From: Mycobacterium tuberculosis H37Rv
Lineage (GTDB): Bacteria > Actinomycetota > Actinomycetes > Mycobacteriales > Mycobacteriaceae
Assembly (NCBI RefSeq): GCF_000195955.2
Contig: NC_000962.3
Span: 3,000,001 to 3,032,000 of the forward strand
Length of the DNA: 32,000 bases
Direction of reading: 5' to 3'
Part shown: one piece after another, positions 16,858 through 27,064 of the stretch
How the letters are laid out: each line of letters starts with the position of its first letter
Numbering within the stretch: the first letter of the stretch is position 1
The notes under the pieces: generated by a model
The model's database searches: none
Seen by the model: the letters and a program-made list of their open reading frames with translations, nothing else
Told to the model about the DNA's origin: nothing
Made by a program: the position numbers and the translations under genes

Positions 16858-17655
16858 ATGACCAGCACCGGCCCCGAGACGTCCGAAACACCGGGTGCCA
16901 CGACACAGCGTCATGGCTTCGGCATCGACGTCGGCGGCAGCGGCATCAAGGGCGGAATCGTCGACTTGGACACCGGCCAGCTGATCGGCGACCGGATCAA
17001 GCTGCTGACCCCGCAACCGGCCACTCCGTTGGCGGTCGCCAAAACCATCGCCGAGGTCGTCAACGGTTTCGGCTGGCGGGGTCCGCTGGGGGTGACCTAT
17101 CCCGGCGTCGTCACTCACGGCGTCGTCCGGACCGCGGCTAACGTGGACAAGTCCTGGATAGGGACCAACGCACGCGACACTATCGGCGCCGAGCTGGGCG
17201 GTCAGCAGGTCACCATCCTCAACGACGCTGATGCCGCCGGGCTGGCCGAGACACGCTACGGGGCCGGCAAGAACAACCCTGGCTTAGTGGTACTGCTCAC
17301 ATTCGGAACCGGGATCGGGTCCGCGGTCATCCACAACGGGACGTTGATACCCAACACCGAGTTCGGACATCTTGAGGTCGGCGGCAAGGAAGCGGAGGAA
17401 AGGGCCGCCTCCTCGGTAAAGGAAAAGAACGACTGGACCTATCCAAAGTGGGCCAAGCAGGTGATACGCGTGCTCATCGCCATCGAGAACGCGATCTGGC
17501 CTGACCTGTTCATCGCCGGCGGCGGCATCAGCCGCAAGGCCGACAAATGGGTGCCGCTACTGGAAAACCGCACACCAGTAGTGCCCGCGGCCCTGCAGAA
17601 CACCGCCGGAATTGTCGGTGCGGCCATGGCCTCTGTCGCAGATACGACGCACTGA
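16858..17655 (+). CDS. ppgK: Polyphosphate/ATP glucokinase (ROK family)
   Basis: 265 aa with SD gaggag (gaggagattcgATG). Motifs GIDVGGSGIKGG and ILNDADAAGLAE. Confidence 0.9.
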   Translation: MTSTGPETSETPGATTQRHGFGIDVGGSGIKGGIVDLDTGQLIGDRIKLLTPQPATPLAVAKTIAEVVNGFGWRGPLGVTYPGVVTHGVVRTAANVDKSWIGTNARDTIGAELGGQQVTILNDADAAGLAETRYGAGKNNPGLVVLLTFGTGIGSAVIHNGTLIPNTEFGHLEVGGKEAEERAASSVKEKNDWTYPKWAKQVIRVLIAIENAIWPDLFIAGGGISRKADKWVPLLENRTPVVPAALQNTAGIVGAAMASVADTTH

Positions 17656-17834
17656 AACTTGCCCGCTCGGGCTGTACTCGTGCGCAGTAAAGTTACAATG
17701 GTCAGCGGCGGCCGCCCGACCGATAGCGCGCGAGTATTCACGCTGATATCAACGCCGACATTCGACATAGCAGACACTTTCGGTTACGCACGCCCAGACC
17801 CAACCGGAAGTGAGTAACGACCGAAGGGGTGTAT

Positions 17835-19421
<1,587 letters not shown>

Positions 19422-19457
19422 GAGCGCCCGCCGAGGCGACCAACGTAGCGGGCCCCC

Positions 19458-19886
19458 ATGTCAGCTAGCCGCACCATGGTCTCGTCCGGATCGGAGTTCG
19501 AATCAGCCGTCGGCTACTCGCGCGCGGTACGCATCGGGCCACTCGTGGTGGTGGCCGGAACGACCGGCAGCGGCGATGATATCGCCGCTCAGACGCGAGA
19601 CGCTCTGCGCCGCATCGAGATTGCGCTCGGACAGGCCGGCGCAACTCTGGCCGACGTGGTCCGTACCCGCATCTATGTGACCGATATTTCCCGCTGGCGC
19701 GAGGTCGGCGAAGTGCATGCACAGGCTTTCGGCAAGATCCGTCCGGTGACGAGCATGGTCGAGGTTACCGCGCTGATTGCGCCCGGCCTGCTGGTAGAGA
19801 TCGAGGCCGACGCCTACGTAGGGTCGGCGGTTGCAGACCGAAATTCGGGAGCCGGCCCGAAGGACCCGTCACCAGCCGGTGGGTAG
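19458..19886 (+). CDS. RidA/YjgF/UK114-family protein (Rv2704-like)
   Basis: 142 aa, beginning 36 nt after the sigA stop. C-terminal family signature VEVTALIAPGLLVEIEADA, followed by a roughly 25-aa tail. Confidence 0.9.
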   Translation: MSASRTMVSSGSEFESAVGYSRAVRIGPLVVVAGTTGSGDDIAAQTRDALRRIEIALGQAGATLADVVRTRIYVTDISRWREVGEVHAQAFGKIRPVTSMVEVTALIAPGLLVEIEADAYVGSAVADRNSGAGPKDPSPAGG

Positions 19887-20203
19887 GCGGCGGCCCCAAT
19901 CACAGCGCGCACCGGCAGTGGGCCGTAGAGATGCGGGAAAAGCATCGACCGCGGATCAGTAGGCACGCCCGGCTCCCAACGCACGGGTGAGTCGAGCGCC
20001 GCCGGGTCGATGTACAGCAGCACCAGGTCAGCACGGCCACGGTAAAGGCGGTTGGCGGGCAGGTGAACCTGCTCGAGTGTCGACAGGTGGATATACCCCG
20101 TCTTGTCGGACTCGGGATAGATCCCACCGCGTTCTCGGGCATGCGACCACTCCTGCACCCCGCATAGGTGCACCAGCATGGCAGGATCGGGCGTCATTCT
20201 CAC
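19814..20203 (-). CDS. DUF952-family protein (Rv2705c-like)
   Basis: Core motifs LVHLCGVQEW, GYIHLST, LVLLYIDP and FPHLYGPL. Start ambiguous: GTG 20203, ATG 20197 or ATG 20179. The 3' end overlaps the convergent RidA gene by 73 nt. Confidence 0.75.
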   Translation of the reverse strand: MRMTPDPAMLVHLCGVQEWSHARERGGIYPESDKTGYIHLSTLEQVHLPANRLYRGRADLVLLYIDPAALDSPVRWEPGVPTDPRSMLFPHLYGPLPVRAVIGAAAYPPAGDGSFGPAPEFRSATADPT

Positions 20204-20322
20204 CACCCTGCCCGATTGGCGGGGGCGAAAGTCGTGAGAAATGACACACCCGACAGCGGCCGGGGAACACGGCGAGAACCCCGAACGTCTGAGAAGGTGA
20301 AGATACCCGAGAACGGAGAGCC

Positions 20323-20511
20323 ATGAACGCAACTCTGACCAGTCCTGAGCTGACTAGAGCAGACCGCTGCGACCGCTGTGGCGCTGCAGCTCGGGTGCGC
20401 GCCAAGCTGCCCTCCGGAGCCGAGCTTCTTTTCTGCCAGCATCACGCCAACGAGCACGAGGCGAAACTGACCGAGATGTCCGCCGTGCTGGAGGTCAGCG
20501 GGAGCGAATAG
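20323..20511 (+). CDS. Small (62 aa) Cys/His-containing protein, putative zinc-binding; conserved-looking small ORF
   Basis: ATG with GGAGAG just upstream (aacggagagccATG). Codon third positions are mostly G/C. CDRCG...FCQHH arrangement, and a composition without Arg/Pro excess. Lies on the strand opposite the doubtful 20028..20405 ORF. Confidence 0.65.
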   Translation: MNATLTSPELTRADRCDRCGAAARVRAKLPSGAELLFCQHHANEHEAKLTEMSAVLEVSGSE

Positions 20512-20572
20512 ACCGAACTCACCCGTCCACAATGCCGGTAGCGCGCGCAGTTTTCGGTAATGCTGGACTGGT

Positions 20573-21547
20573 ATGAGCGACCAGGTCCCCAAGCCACACC
20601 GCCACCACATCTGGCGAATCACCCGTAGGACTTTGTCCAAAAGCTGGGACGACTCGATCTTCTCGGAGTCAGCGCAAGCGGCTTTTTGGTCGGCCTTGTC
20701 TTTGCCGCCGCTACTGCTGGGAATGCTGGGCAGTCTGGCCTACGTTGCTCCGCTATTCGGCCCGGACACCTTGCCCGCGATTGAAAAGAGCGCGCTTTCG
20801 ACGGCCCACAGCTTTTTCTCCCCCAGTGTGGTCAACGAGATCATCGAGCCCACCATCGGCGATATCACCAACAACGCCCGCGGTGAGGTGGCGTCGCTGG
20901 GCTTCTTGATCTCGCTGTGGGCAGGATCGTCGGCAATCTCGGCGTTCGTCGATGCAGTGGTGGAAGCGCACGACCAGACACCGCTACGCCACCCGGTCCG
21001 GCAACGCTTCTTTGCGCTCTTCCTCTACGTGGTGATGTTGGTGTTCCTAGTAGCGACCGCACCGGTAATGGTGGTGGGTCCACGCAAGGTAAGCGAGCAC
21101 ATCCCGGAGAGCTTGGCCAACCTGCTGCGCTACGGCTACTACCCCGCGCTTATTCTCGGTCTAACCGTCGGGGTCATCCTGCTATACCGGGTGGCACTAC
21201 CGGTACCCCTGCCGACGCATCGGCTGGTCCTAGGCGCGGTGCTTGCGATAGCGGTCTTCCTGATCGCCACCTTGGGCTTGCGGGTCTACCTCGCGTGGAT
21301 CACCCGCACTGGCTACACCTACGGAGCGCTGGCCACGCCGATCGCGTTTCTGTTATTCGCCTTCTTTGGCGGCTTTGCGATCATGCTCGGCGCTGAACTC
21401 AACGCCGCCGTCCAGGAGGAATGGCCGGCGCCGGCGACGCATGCCCACCGACTGGGCAATTGGCTAAAGGCCCGCATCGGCGTCGGCACGACGACGTATT
21501 CTTCGACAGCCCAGCACAGCGCCGTCGCTGCCGAGCCGCCGAGCTAG
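20573..21547 (+). CDS. YihY/BrkB-family integral membrane protein (Rv2707-like)
   Basis: 324-aa ORF with about 6 hydrophobic helices, starting after a basic N-terminus (KPHRHHIWRITRRT). Confidence 0.85.
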   Translation: MSDQVPKPHRHHIWRITRRTLSKSWDDSIFSESAQAAFWSALSLPPLLLGMLGSLAYVAPLFGPDTLPAIEKSALSTAHSFFSPSVVNEIIEPTIGDITNNARGEVASLGFLISLWAGSSAISAFVDAVVEAHDQTPLRHPVRQRFFALFLYVVMLVFLVATAPVMVVGPRKVSEHIPESLANLLRYGYYPALILGLTVGVILLYRVALPVPLPTHRLVLGAVLAIAVFLIATLGLRVYLAWITRTGYTYGALATPIAFLLFAFFGGFAIMLGAELNAAVQEEWPAPATHAHRLGNWLKARIGVGTTTYSSTAQHSAVAAEPPS

Positions 21548-21796
21548 TCAGCCCTTCTTGAGGGTGTCGTAAATCCGCTTGCAATCGGGACAGACCGGCG
21601 AGCCCGGCTTGGGCGCGCGGGTAACGGGAAACACCTCGCCACACAACGCCACCACGTGGCTACCCATGACCGCGCTCTCAGCGATCTTGTCTTTCTTGAC
21701 GTAGTGGAAGTATTTCGGTGTGTCGCTGCCGGTCCCGTCGTCGACGCGTTCGTCGGCGTCGGTACGTTCAATCGTCTGGGTCTGCATACCTGACAT
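21548..21796 (-). CDS. Small conserved protein with C-terminal Cys cluster (DUF3039-like, Rv2708c-like)
   Basis: 82 aa from the ATG at 21796 (MSGMQTQTIERT...), containing VVALCGEVF...SPVCPDCKRIY. Its stop abuts the stop of the convergent upstream gene with a 0-bp gap. Confidence 0.85.
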   Translation of the reverse strand: MSGMQTQTIERTDADERVDDGTGSDTPKYFHYVKKDKIAESAVMGSHVVALCGEVFPVTRAPKPGSPVCPDCKRIYDTLKKG

Positions 21797-21829
21797 TGTG
21801 CCCTTGGCAGGAAAGCTCTCGAAGCCGGA

Positions 21830-22285
21830 GTGCACTGCATGTGGGACAGTAGAGTAATGAAGCACGGCTTGAGGCTGGGTTTCAATGGCCAGTTCGACGA
21901 CTTCGACGACTTCGACGATAAGGGCCGGCCGGTACTGATTACTGCCGCCGCTCCCTCGTATGAGGTGGAGCATCGCACACGGGTGCGTAAGTACCTGACC
22001 CTGATGGCATTCCGGGTCCCCGCGCTCATTCTGGCCGCCATCGCCTACGGCGCCTGGCACAACGGACTGATCTCGCTACTGATCGTGGCAGCCTCGGTGC
22101 CGTTGCCATGGATGGCCGTTCTGATCGCTAACGACCGACCGCCGCGCCGCGCCGACGAACCCCGCCGCTTCGACGTCGCCCGCCGGCGCATCCCGCTGTT
22201 CCCGACCGCCGAACGGCCCGCACTCGAGCCGCGGCGACAGCCGGCAGAGCGGTCAGCCCCGCGGGGATTCGCCGACCACGGTTAG
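21830..22285 (+). CDS. Conserved two-TM membrane protein (DUF3099-like, Rv2709-like)
   Basis: ORF with TM segments [21 protein letters not shown] and [21 protein letters not shown]. Start ambiguous: GTG 21830, ATG 21839 (GGAG 8 nt upstream) or ATG 21857. Confidence 0.75.
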   Translation: MHCMWDSRVMKHGLRLGFNGQFDDFDDFDDKGRPVLITAAAPSYEVEHRTRVRKYLTLMAFRVPALILAAIAYGAWHNGLISLLIVAASVPLPWMAVLIANDRPPRRADEPRRFDVARRRIPLFPTAERPALEPRRQPAERSAPRGFADHG

Positions 22286-22330
22286 CCGTCTGTTGGCCGG
22301 CGTTCCGGGTTGTCGGCCACTGGCCACACT

Positions 22331-22349
22331 TCTCAGGACTTTCTCAGGT
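22331..22349 (+). promoter_or_regulatory. Two 8-bp direct repeats separated by 3 nt, matching the MprA-box architecture
   Basis: tctcagga-ctt-tctcaggt at 22331..22349, about 50 bp upstream of the GGAAC -35 element of the sigB promoter. Confidence 0.5.
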
Positions 22350-22396
22350 CTTCGGCAGATTCCTGCACGTCACAGGGCGTCAGATCACTGCTGGGT

Positions 22397-22423
22397 GGGA
22401 ACTCAAAGTCCGGCTTTGTCGTT
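22397..22423 (+). promoter_or_regulatory. ECF-type (SigE/SigH class) promoter of sigB: GGGAAC-N17-CGTT
   Basis: gggaactcaaagtccggctttgtcgtt. The -10 GTT lies about 38 nt upstream of the sigB ATG, which has SD gggagg. Confidence 0.6.
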
Positions 22424-22460
22424 AAACCCCATGACAGTGCAAGCCGATCGGGAGGTCGCT

Positions 22461-23432
22461 ATGGCCGATGCACCCACAAGGGCCACCACAAGCCGGGTTG
22501 ACAGCGATCTGGATGCTCAAAGCCCCGCGGCGGACCTCGTGCGCGTCTATCTGAACGGCATCGGCAAGACGGCGTTGCTCAACGCCGCCGGTGAAGTCGA
22601 ACTGGCCAAGCGCATAGAAGCCGGGTTGTATGCCGAGCATCTGCTGGAAACCCGGAAGCGCCTCGGCGAGAACCGAAAACGCGACCTGGCGGCCGTGGTG
22701 CGTGATGGCGAGGCGGCGCGCCGCCACCTGCTGGAAGCAAACCTGCGGCTGGTGGTATCGCTGGCCAAGCGCTACACGGGTCGGGGCATGCCGTTGCTGG
22801 ACCTCATCCAGGAGGGCAACCTGGGTCTGATCCGAGCGATGGAGAAGTTCGACTACACAAAGGGATTCAAGTTCTCAACGTATGCCACGTGGTGGATCCG
22901 CCAGGCCATCACCCGCGGAATGGCCGACCAGAGCCGCACCATCCGCCTGCCCGTACACCTGGTTGAGCAGGTCAACAAGCTGGCGCGGATCAAGCGGGAG
23001 ATGCACCAGCATCTGGGTCGCGAAGCCACCGATGAGGAGCTCGCCGCCGAATCCGGCATTCCAATCGACAAGATCAACGACCTGCTGGAACACAGTCGCG
23101 ACCCGGTGAGTCTGGATATGCCGGTCGGCTCCGAGGAGGAGGCCCCTTTGGGCGATTTCATCGAGGACGCCGAAGCCATGTCCGCGGAGAACGCGGTCAT
23201 CGCCGAACTGTTACACACCGACATCCGCAGCGTGCTGGCCACTCTCGACGAGCGTGAGCACCAGGTGATCCGGCTGCGCTTCGGCCTGGATGACGGCCAA
23301 CCACGCACCCTGGATCAAATCGGCAAACTATTCGGGCTGTCCCGTGAGCGGGTTCGTCAGATCGAGCGCGACGTGATGAGTAAGCTGCGGCACGGTGAGC
23401 GGGCGGATCGGCTGCGGTCGTACGCCAGCTGA
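22461..23432 (+). CDS. sigB: Group 2 (principal-like, stress) sigma factor
   Basis: 323 aa from the ATG at 22461, with SD (cgggaggtcgctATG). Motifs [16 protein letters not shown] and [29 protein letters not shown]. The region upstream of this ATG contains promoter motifs rather than coding signal. Confidence 0.95.
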   Translation: MADAPTRATTSRVDSDLDAQSPAADLVRVYLNGIGKTALLNAAGEVELAKRIEAGLYAEHLLETRKRLGENRKRDLAAVVRDGEAARRHLLEANLRLVVSLAKRYTGRGMPLLDLIQEGNLGLIRAMEKFDYTKGFKFSTYATWWIRQAITRGMADQSRTIRLPVHLVEQVNKLARIKREMHQHLGREATDEELAAESGIPIDKINDLLEHSRDPVSLDMPVGSEEEAPLGDFIEDAEAMSAENAVIAELLHTDIRSVLATLDEREHQVIRLRFGLDDGQPRTLDQIGKLFGLSRERVRQIERDVMSKLRHGERADRLRSYAS

Positions 23433-23461
23433 AGCTGGACATCCTGAGCCAGGTAGCAGAC

Positions 23462-23493
23462 GGTATGCCCGCCGCGCCAGCGGCGGGCATACC
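23462..23493 (+). terminator. Perfect 14-bp GC-rich stem with 4-nt loop, 30 nt after the sigB stop (no U-tract)
   Basis: ggtatgcccgccgc-gcca-gcggcgggcatacc. Confidence 0.6.
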
Positions 23494-23564
23494 GCTGCGG
23501 TGGGGCGGCGGGCAACCATTTTCGCAGCTGGCCAAGTAGACTCAGCTGCAATGGAGGGTGCTGA

Positions 23565-24257
23565 ATGAACGAGTTGGTTGATACCACCGAGATGTACCTG
23601 CGGACCATCTACGACCTCGAGGAAGAGGGCGTGACGCCACTGCGTGCCCGGATCGCCGAGCGGCTCGACCAGAGCGGGCCGACGGTCAGCCAGACCGTGT
23701 CCCGGATGGAGCGCGATGGGCTACTTCGGGTGGCTGGCGATCGCCACCTGGAGCTCACCGAAAAGGGCCGCGCGCTGGCCATCGCCGTGATGCGCAAGCA
23801 CCGCCTCGCCGAACGGCTCCTCGTCGATGTCATCGGGTTGCCGTGGGAAGAAGTTCACGCCGAGGCATGCCGGTGGGAGCACGTGATGAGCGAGGACGTC
23901 GAGCGACGGCTGGTCAAGGTGCTCAACAACCCGACCACGTCCCCGTTCGGCAACCCGATCCCGGGCCTGGTGGAACTTGGCGTGGGCCCGGAACCGGGCG
24001 CCGACGACGCCAACCTGGTCCGGTTGACCGAGTTGCCGGCCGGCTCGCCGGTCGCAGTCGTCGTCCGCCAGCTTACCGAGCACGTTCAGGGCGACATCGA
24101 CCTGATCACGCGGCTAAAAGACGCCGGCGTGGTGCCCAACGCACGAGTAACCGTCGAAACCACCCCAGGCGGCGGCGTGACCATCGTCATCCCGGGCCAT
24201 GAGAACGTCACCCTGCCACACGAGATGGCCCACGCGGTCAAGGTCGAGAAAGTCTGA
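23565..24257 (+). CDS. ideR: Iron-dependent repressor, DtxR family
   Basis: 230 aa with SD ggaggg (ggagggtgctgaATG). N-terminal wHTH TEMYLRTIYDLEEEG, then HRLAERLL and a C-terminal SH3-like domain. Confidence 0.95.
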   Translation: MNELVDTTEMYLRTIYDLEEEGVTPLRARIAERLDQSGPTVSQTVSRMERDGLLRVAGDRHLELTEKGRALAIAVMRKHRLAERLLVDVIGLPWEEVHAEACRWEHVMSEDVERRLVKVLNNPTTSPFGNPIPGLVELGVGPEPGADDANLVRLTELPAGSPVAVVVRQLTEHVQGDIDLITRLKDAGVVPNARVTVETTPGGGVTIVIPGHENVTLPHEMAHAVKVEKV

Positions 24258-24269
24258 GCTAACCCGCAC

Positions 24270-25352
24270 CTACCCTGCGCGTTGACCGAACGCACGTCGA
24301 GGCGGCAGTCGTATTCCGAGTTGTTCAGCCCGTTGGTAGCCGGTGACCGCGATGTCACGGATGTGCTCAGGTCGCAGACCAGACTGCAGTGCCGTGTCCA
24401 GCATGCCCGCCATCCGATGGCCCGGCTCACAGCACAGCGCAGCCTGCAGCGAAACACCGGCCAGCGGCCCGTCACCGCGGGCATAGGCGCTGAACGCGAG
24501 CAACACCAGGGCCTCCACCCGCCACGGTTCGGGCAGCACCCGCGCCAGTAACGCCCACAATGACTCGGCCGCACCAGCATTCTCGCCGACGGCAAGGGCA
24601 TACAGCATGTCGCGGACCCGCGCGTCGCCCAGTGCGCAACCCAGCCGCGCCAGCTCCGTGTCGGACAAGGACTGACCGTCTGCGACCCGGGCCGCGGCGG
24701 CCAGCGCATTTTCCACATCCTGGCGGCTGCAGCCGACCGAATCAGCACGGTGTGCGATCTCTCGGTCAGCCGCTTGGTGTCCTAGCGCAACGGCAAGCTC
24801 GGCGGAGCGCACAGGGTCGTCCACGGCGATGACGGCCTGCAGGTCGGAGCGCCGCGGGTAGAGCTGCCTGCCGTCCAGCACCGCCGCCATCGCCAACGGC
24901 GACGCCGACGGATCGTCGATAACGCCGCTGCAGCCGCAGCCGTCCACACAATGCCAGCGCCCGCCAGCGGCTACCCGGTCTACCACGTGCGCTGCCCATA
25001 GCACGATGTCGCGCTGCGACAACGCCGCCGCGAGCGCCGCGCACAGCTGCCGGTACTCCTCATTGCATCGCGGACACTGGGCTCCGTTCGCGTCAACGAT
25101 CACCGCGATCGCGGCCGCCGGGTTCGCCGCGGCGACAAGTTCTGCGAGATGGCCAACCCGATCGGCGAGTTCATCACAGAGGTCGGCGCGCATCACCGAC
25201 CCTAGTTCCCCCGCTGCCAACGACACCAGAACCAGCGATTTTTCCGGCACGAAGCCGAGGATGGCCGGTAGCGCGGCGATCAGTGTTGCAGGGCGGTTGA
25301 GTTCAAATTGTCCTCGATACTTCGTCATGAATGCCACGCTGACTACCGGCAC
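24270..25352 (-). CDS. DUF4192-family protein of unknown function (Rv2712c-like)
   Basis: 360-aa ORF from the GTG at 25352; an alternative ATG at 25328 gives [12 protein letters not shown]-terminal [20 protein letters not shown] is typical of the family. Cys cluster [12 protein letters not shown]...[10 protein letters not shown]. Confidence 0.8.
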
Positions 25353-25440
25353 CGTCAGCCGGTGCCCACGTCACGCGATCGAGCTGCCTTCCTGTGGACG
25401 AAGGCGTAACTGTGCGTTCTACTGTCATTTCATGGGGTCG

Positions 25441-26847
25441 ATGCGTGAATACGACATCGTGGTGATCGGGTCAGGCCCGGGCGGACAGAAAGCCGCCATC
25501 GCCTCGGCGAAGCTGGGCAAGTCCGTGGCCATCGTCGAACGCGGCCGAATGCTCGGCGGCGTCTGCGTCAACACAGGCACGATCCCATCCAAAACGTTGC
25601 GTGAGGCTGTGCTCTACCTCACCGGCATGAACCAACGCGAGCTGTACGGCGCAAGCTACCGCGTGAAGGACCGGATCACCCCGGCCGACCTGTTGGCGCG
25701 GACCCAGCACGTGATCGGCAAGGAAGTCGACGTGGTGCGCAACCAGCTGATGCGTAACCGCGTCGATCTGATCGTGGGCCATGGCCGGTTCATCGACCCG
25801 CACACCATCCTCGTGGAGGACCAGGCCCGCAGGGAAAAGACCACCGTCACCGGCGACTACATCATCATCGCCACTGGCACCAGGCCGGCACGGCCATCCG
25901 GAGTCGAATTTGACGAAGAACGGGTGCTCGACTCCGACGGGATCCTCGATCTCAAATCGCTGCCATCCTCGATGGTCGTGGTCGGTGCCGGCGTGATCGG
26001 CATCGAATACGCCTCCATGTTCGCTGCGTTGGGCACCAAAGTCACCGTCGTGGAGAAGCGGGACAACATGCTGGACTTCTGCGACCCCGAGGTCGTCGAG
26101 GCGCTGAAATTCCACCTGCGCGACCTGGCGGTGACATTCCGGTTCGGCGAGGAAGTGACCGCGGTCGATGTCGGCTCTGCGGGCACCGTGACCACCCTGG
26201 CCAGCGGCAAACAGATTCCAGCCGAGACCGTAATGTACTCGGCGGGACGTCAGGGACAAACCGACCACCTCGACCTGCACAACGCCGGACTCGAGGTGCA
26301 GGGCCGCGGGCGGATCTTCGTAGACGACCGTTTCCAGACCAAGGTAGACCACATCTACGCCGTCGGCGACGTCATTGGCTTCCCCGCCTTGGCCGCGACG
26401 TCGATGGAGCAGGGGCGGCTGGCCGCCTACCACGCCTTCGGCGAACCAACCGACGGAATCACCGAACTTCAGCCGATCGGTATTTATTCGATTCCCGAGG
26501 TGTCCTACGTCGGCGCCACCGAGGTGGAACTGACCAAGAGCTCCATCCCATACGAGGTGGGAGTGGCCCGCTACCGGGAGCTGGCCCGCGGCCAAATCGC
26601 CGGCGACTCCTACGGCATGCTCAAGCTGCTGGTTTCCACCGAGGATCTCAAGCTGCTCGGCGTGCATATCTTCGGCACCAGCGCCACCGAGATGGTGCAC
26701 ATCGGGCAGGCCGTGATGGGATGCGGGGGCAGCGTCGAGTACCTGGTCGACGCGGTGTTCAACTACCCGACCTTCTCGGAGGCCTACAAGAACGCCGCAC
26801 TGGACGTGATGAACAAGATGCGCGCACTCAACCAGTTCCGCCGCTGA
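25441..26847 (+). CDS. sthA: Soluble pyridine nucleotide transhydrogenase (flavoprotein disulfide-reductase fold)
   Basis: 468 aa from the ATG at 25441. FAD motif [13 protein letters not shown] and NAD motif [26 protein letters not shown] has Thr in place of the second redox Cys, as expected for STH. The upstream 145 codons of the long ORF overlap the divergent gene. Confidence 0.9.
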
Positions 26848-26851
26848 GGGT

Positions 26852-26878
26852 GCCGAGCGGATGTGAATCCGTCTCGGC
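26852..26878 (+). terminator. Imperfect hairpin 5 nt after the sthA stop
   Basis: gccgagcggat-gtga-atccgtctcggc: 11 paired bases with one bulged nucleotide in the right arm, and no U-tract. Confidence 0.35.
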
Positions 26879-27064
26879 GCCCAAGTAGGCTTGCCAGCAA
26901 ATTCGCCGCCGCCCACGAACGGTCGGCGTCGAACGTGGCCCCGCGCTTTTGGCGTTGTGCAGCACAGCGGCAGCCAGGGTTGGCTGTTCAATCATTGCTG
27001 TCCGCTGATTTGAGGGACACTGGTTACGGCACCTCGGCGACAACCCCGAGAGGAGGCAACACCC

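Noticed and set aside
17694-17699. TACAAT hexamer upstream of sigA as its -10 element
   Set aside because: It is plausible (TANNNT, about 135 nt before the start), but several other TANNNT hexamers occur in the 179-nt gap. I cannot discriminate between them without TSS data.
20028-20405. 125-aa minus-strand ORF (the frame that yields the annotated-type 85-aa hypothetical gene)
   Set aside because: It overlaps the DUF952 gene out of frame at one end and the better-supported 62-aa plus-strand ORF at the other. Its composition is Arg/Pro/Ser-rich, and there is no SD at any candidate start.
22293-22460. 56-codon upstream extension of sigB (379-aa version)
   Set aside because: It contains the promoter, the MprA-type repeats and the SD for the ATG at 22461. 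It has no homology to sigma region 1.
25006-25440. 145-codon upstream extension of the sthA ORF (613-aa version)
   Set aside because: It overlaps the divergent DUF4192 gene. The flavoprotein family starts at the GxGxxG motif, a few residues after the ATG at 25441.
23433-25440. Search for an IdeR iron box (TTAGGTTAGGCTAACCTAA-like) near ideR, the DUF4192 gene or sthA
   Set aside because: I found no 19-bp sequence with convincing similarity by eye in these intergenic regions.
25471-26991. 506-aa minus-strand ORF opposite sthA
   Set aside because: It is a shadow ORF with a His/Gly/Asp/Val/Arg-rich, low-information composition and no start context. The plus-strand frame carries clear FAD/NAD Rossmann motifs.
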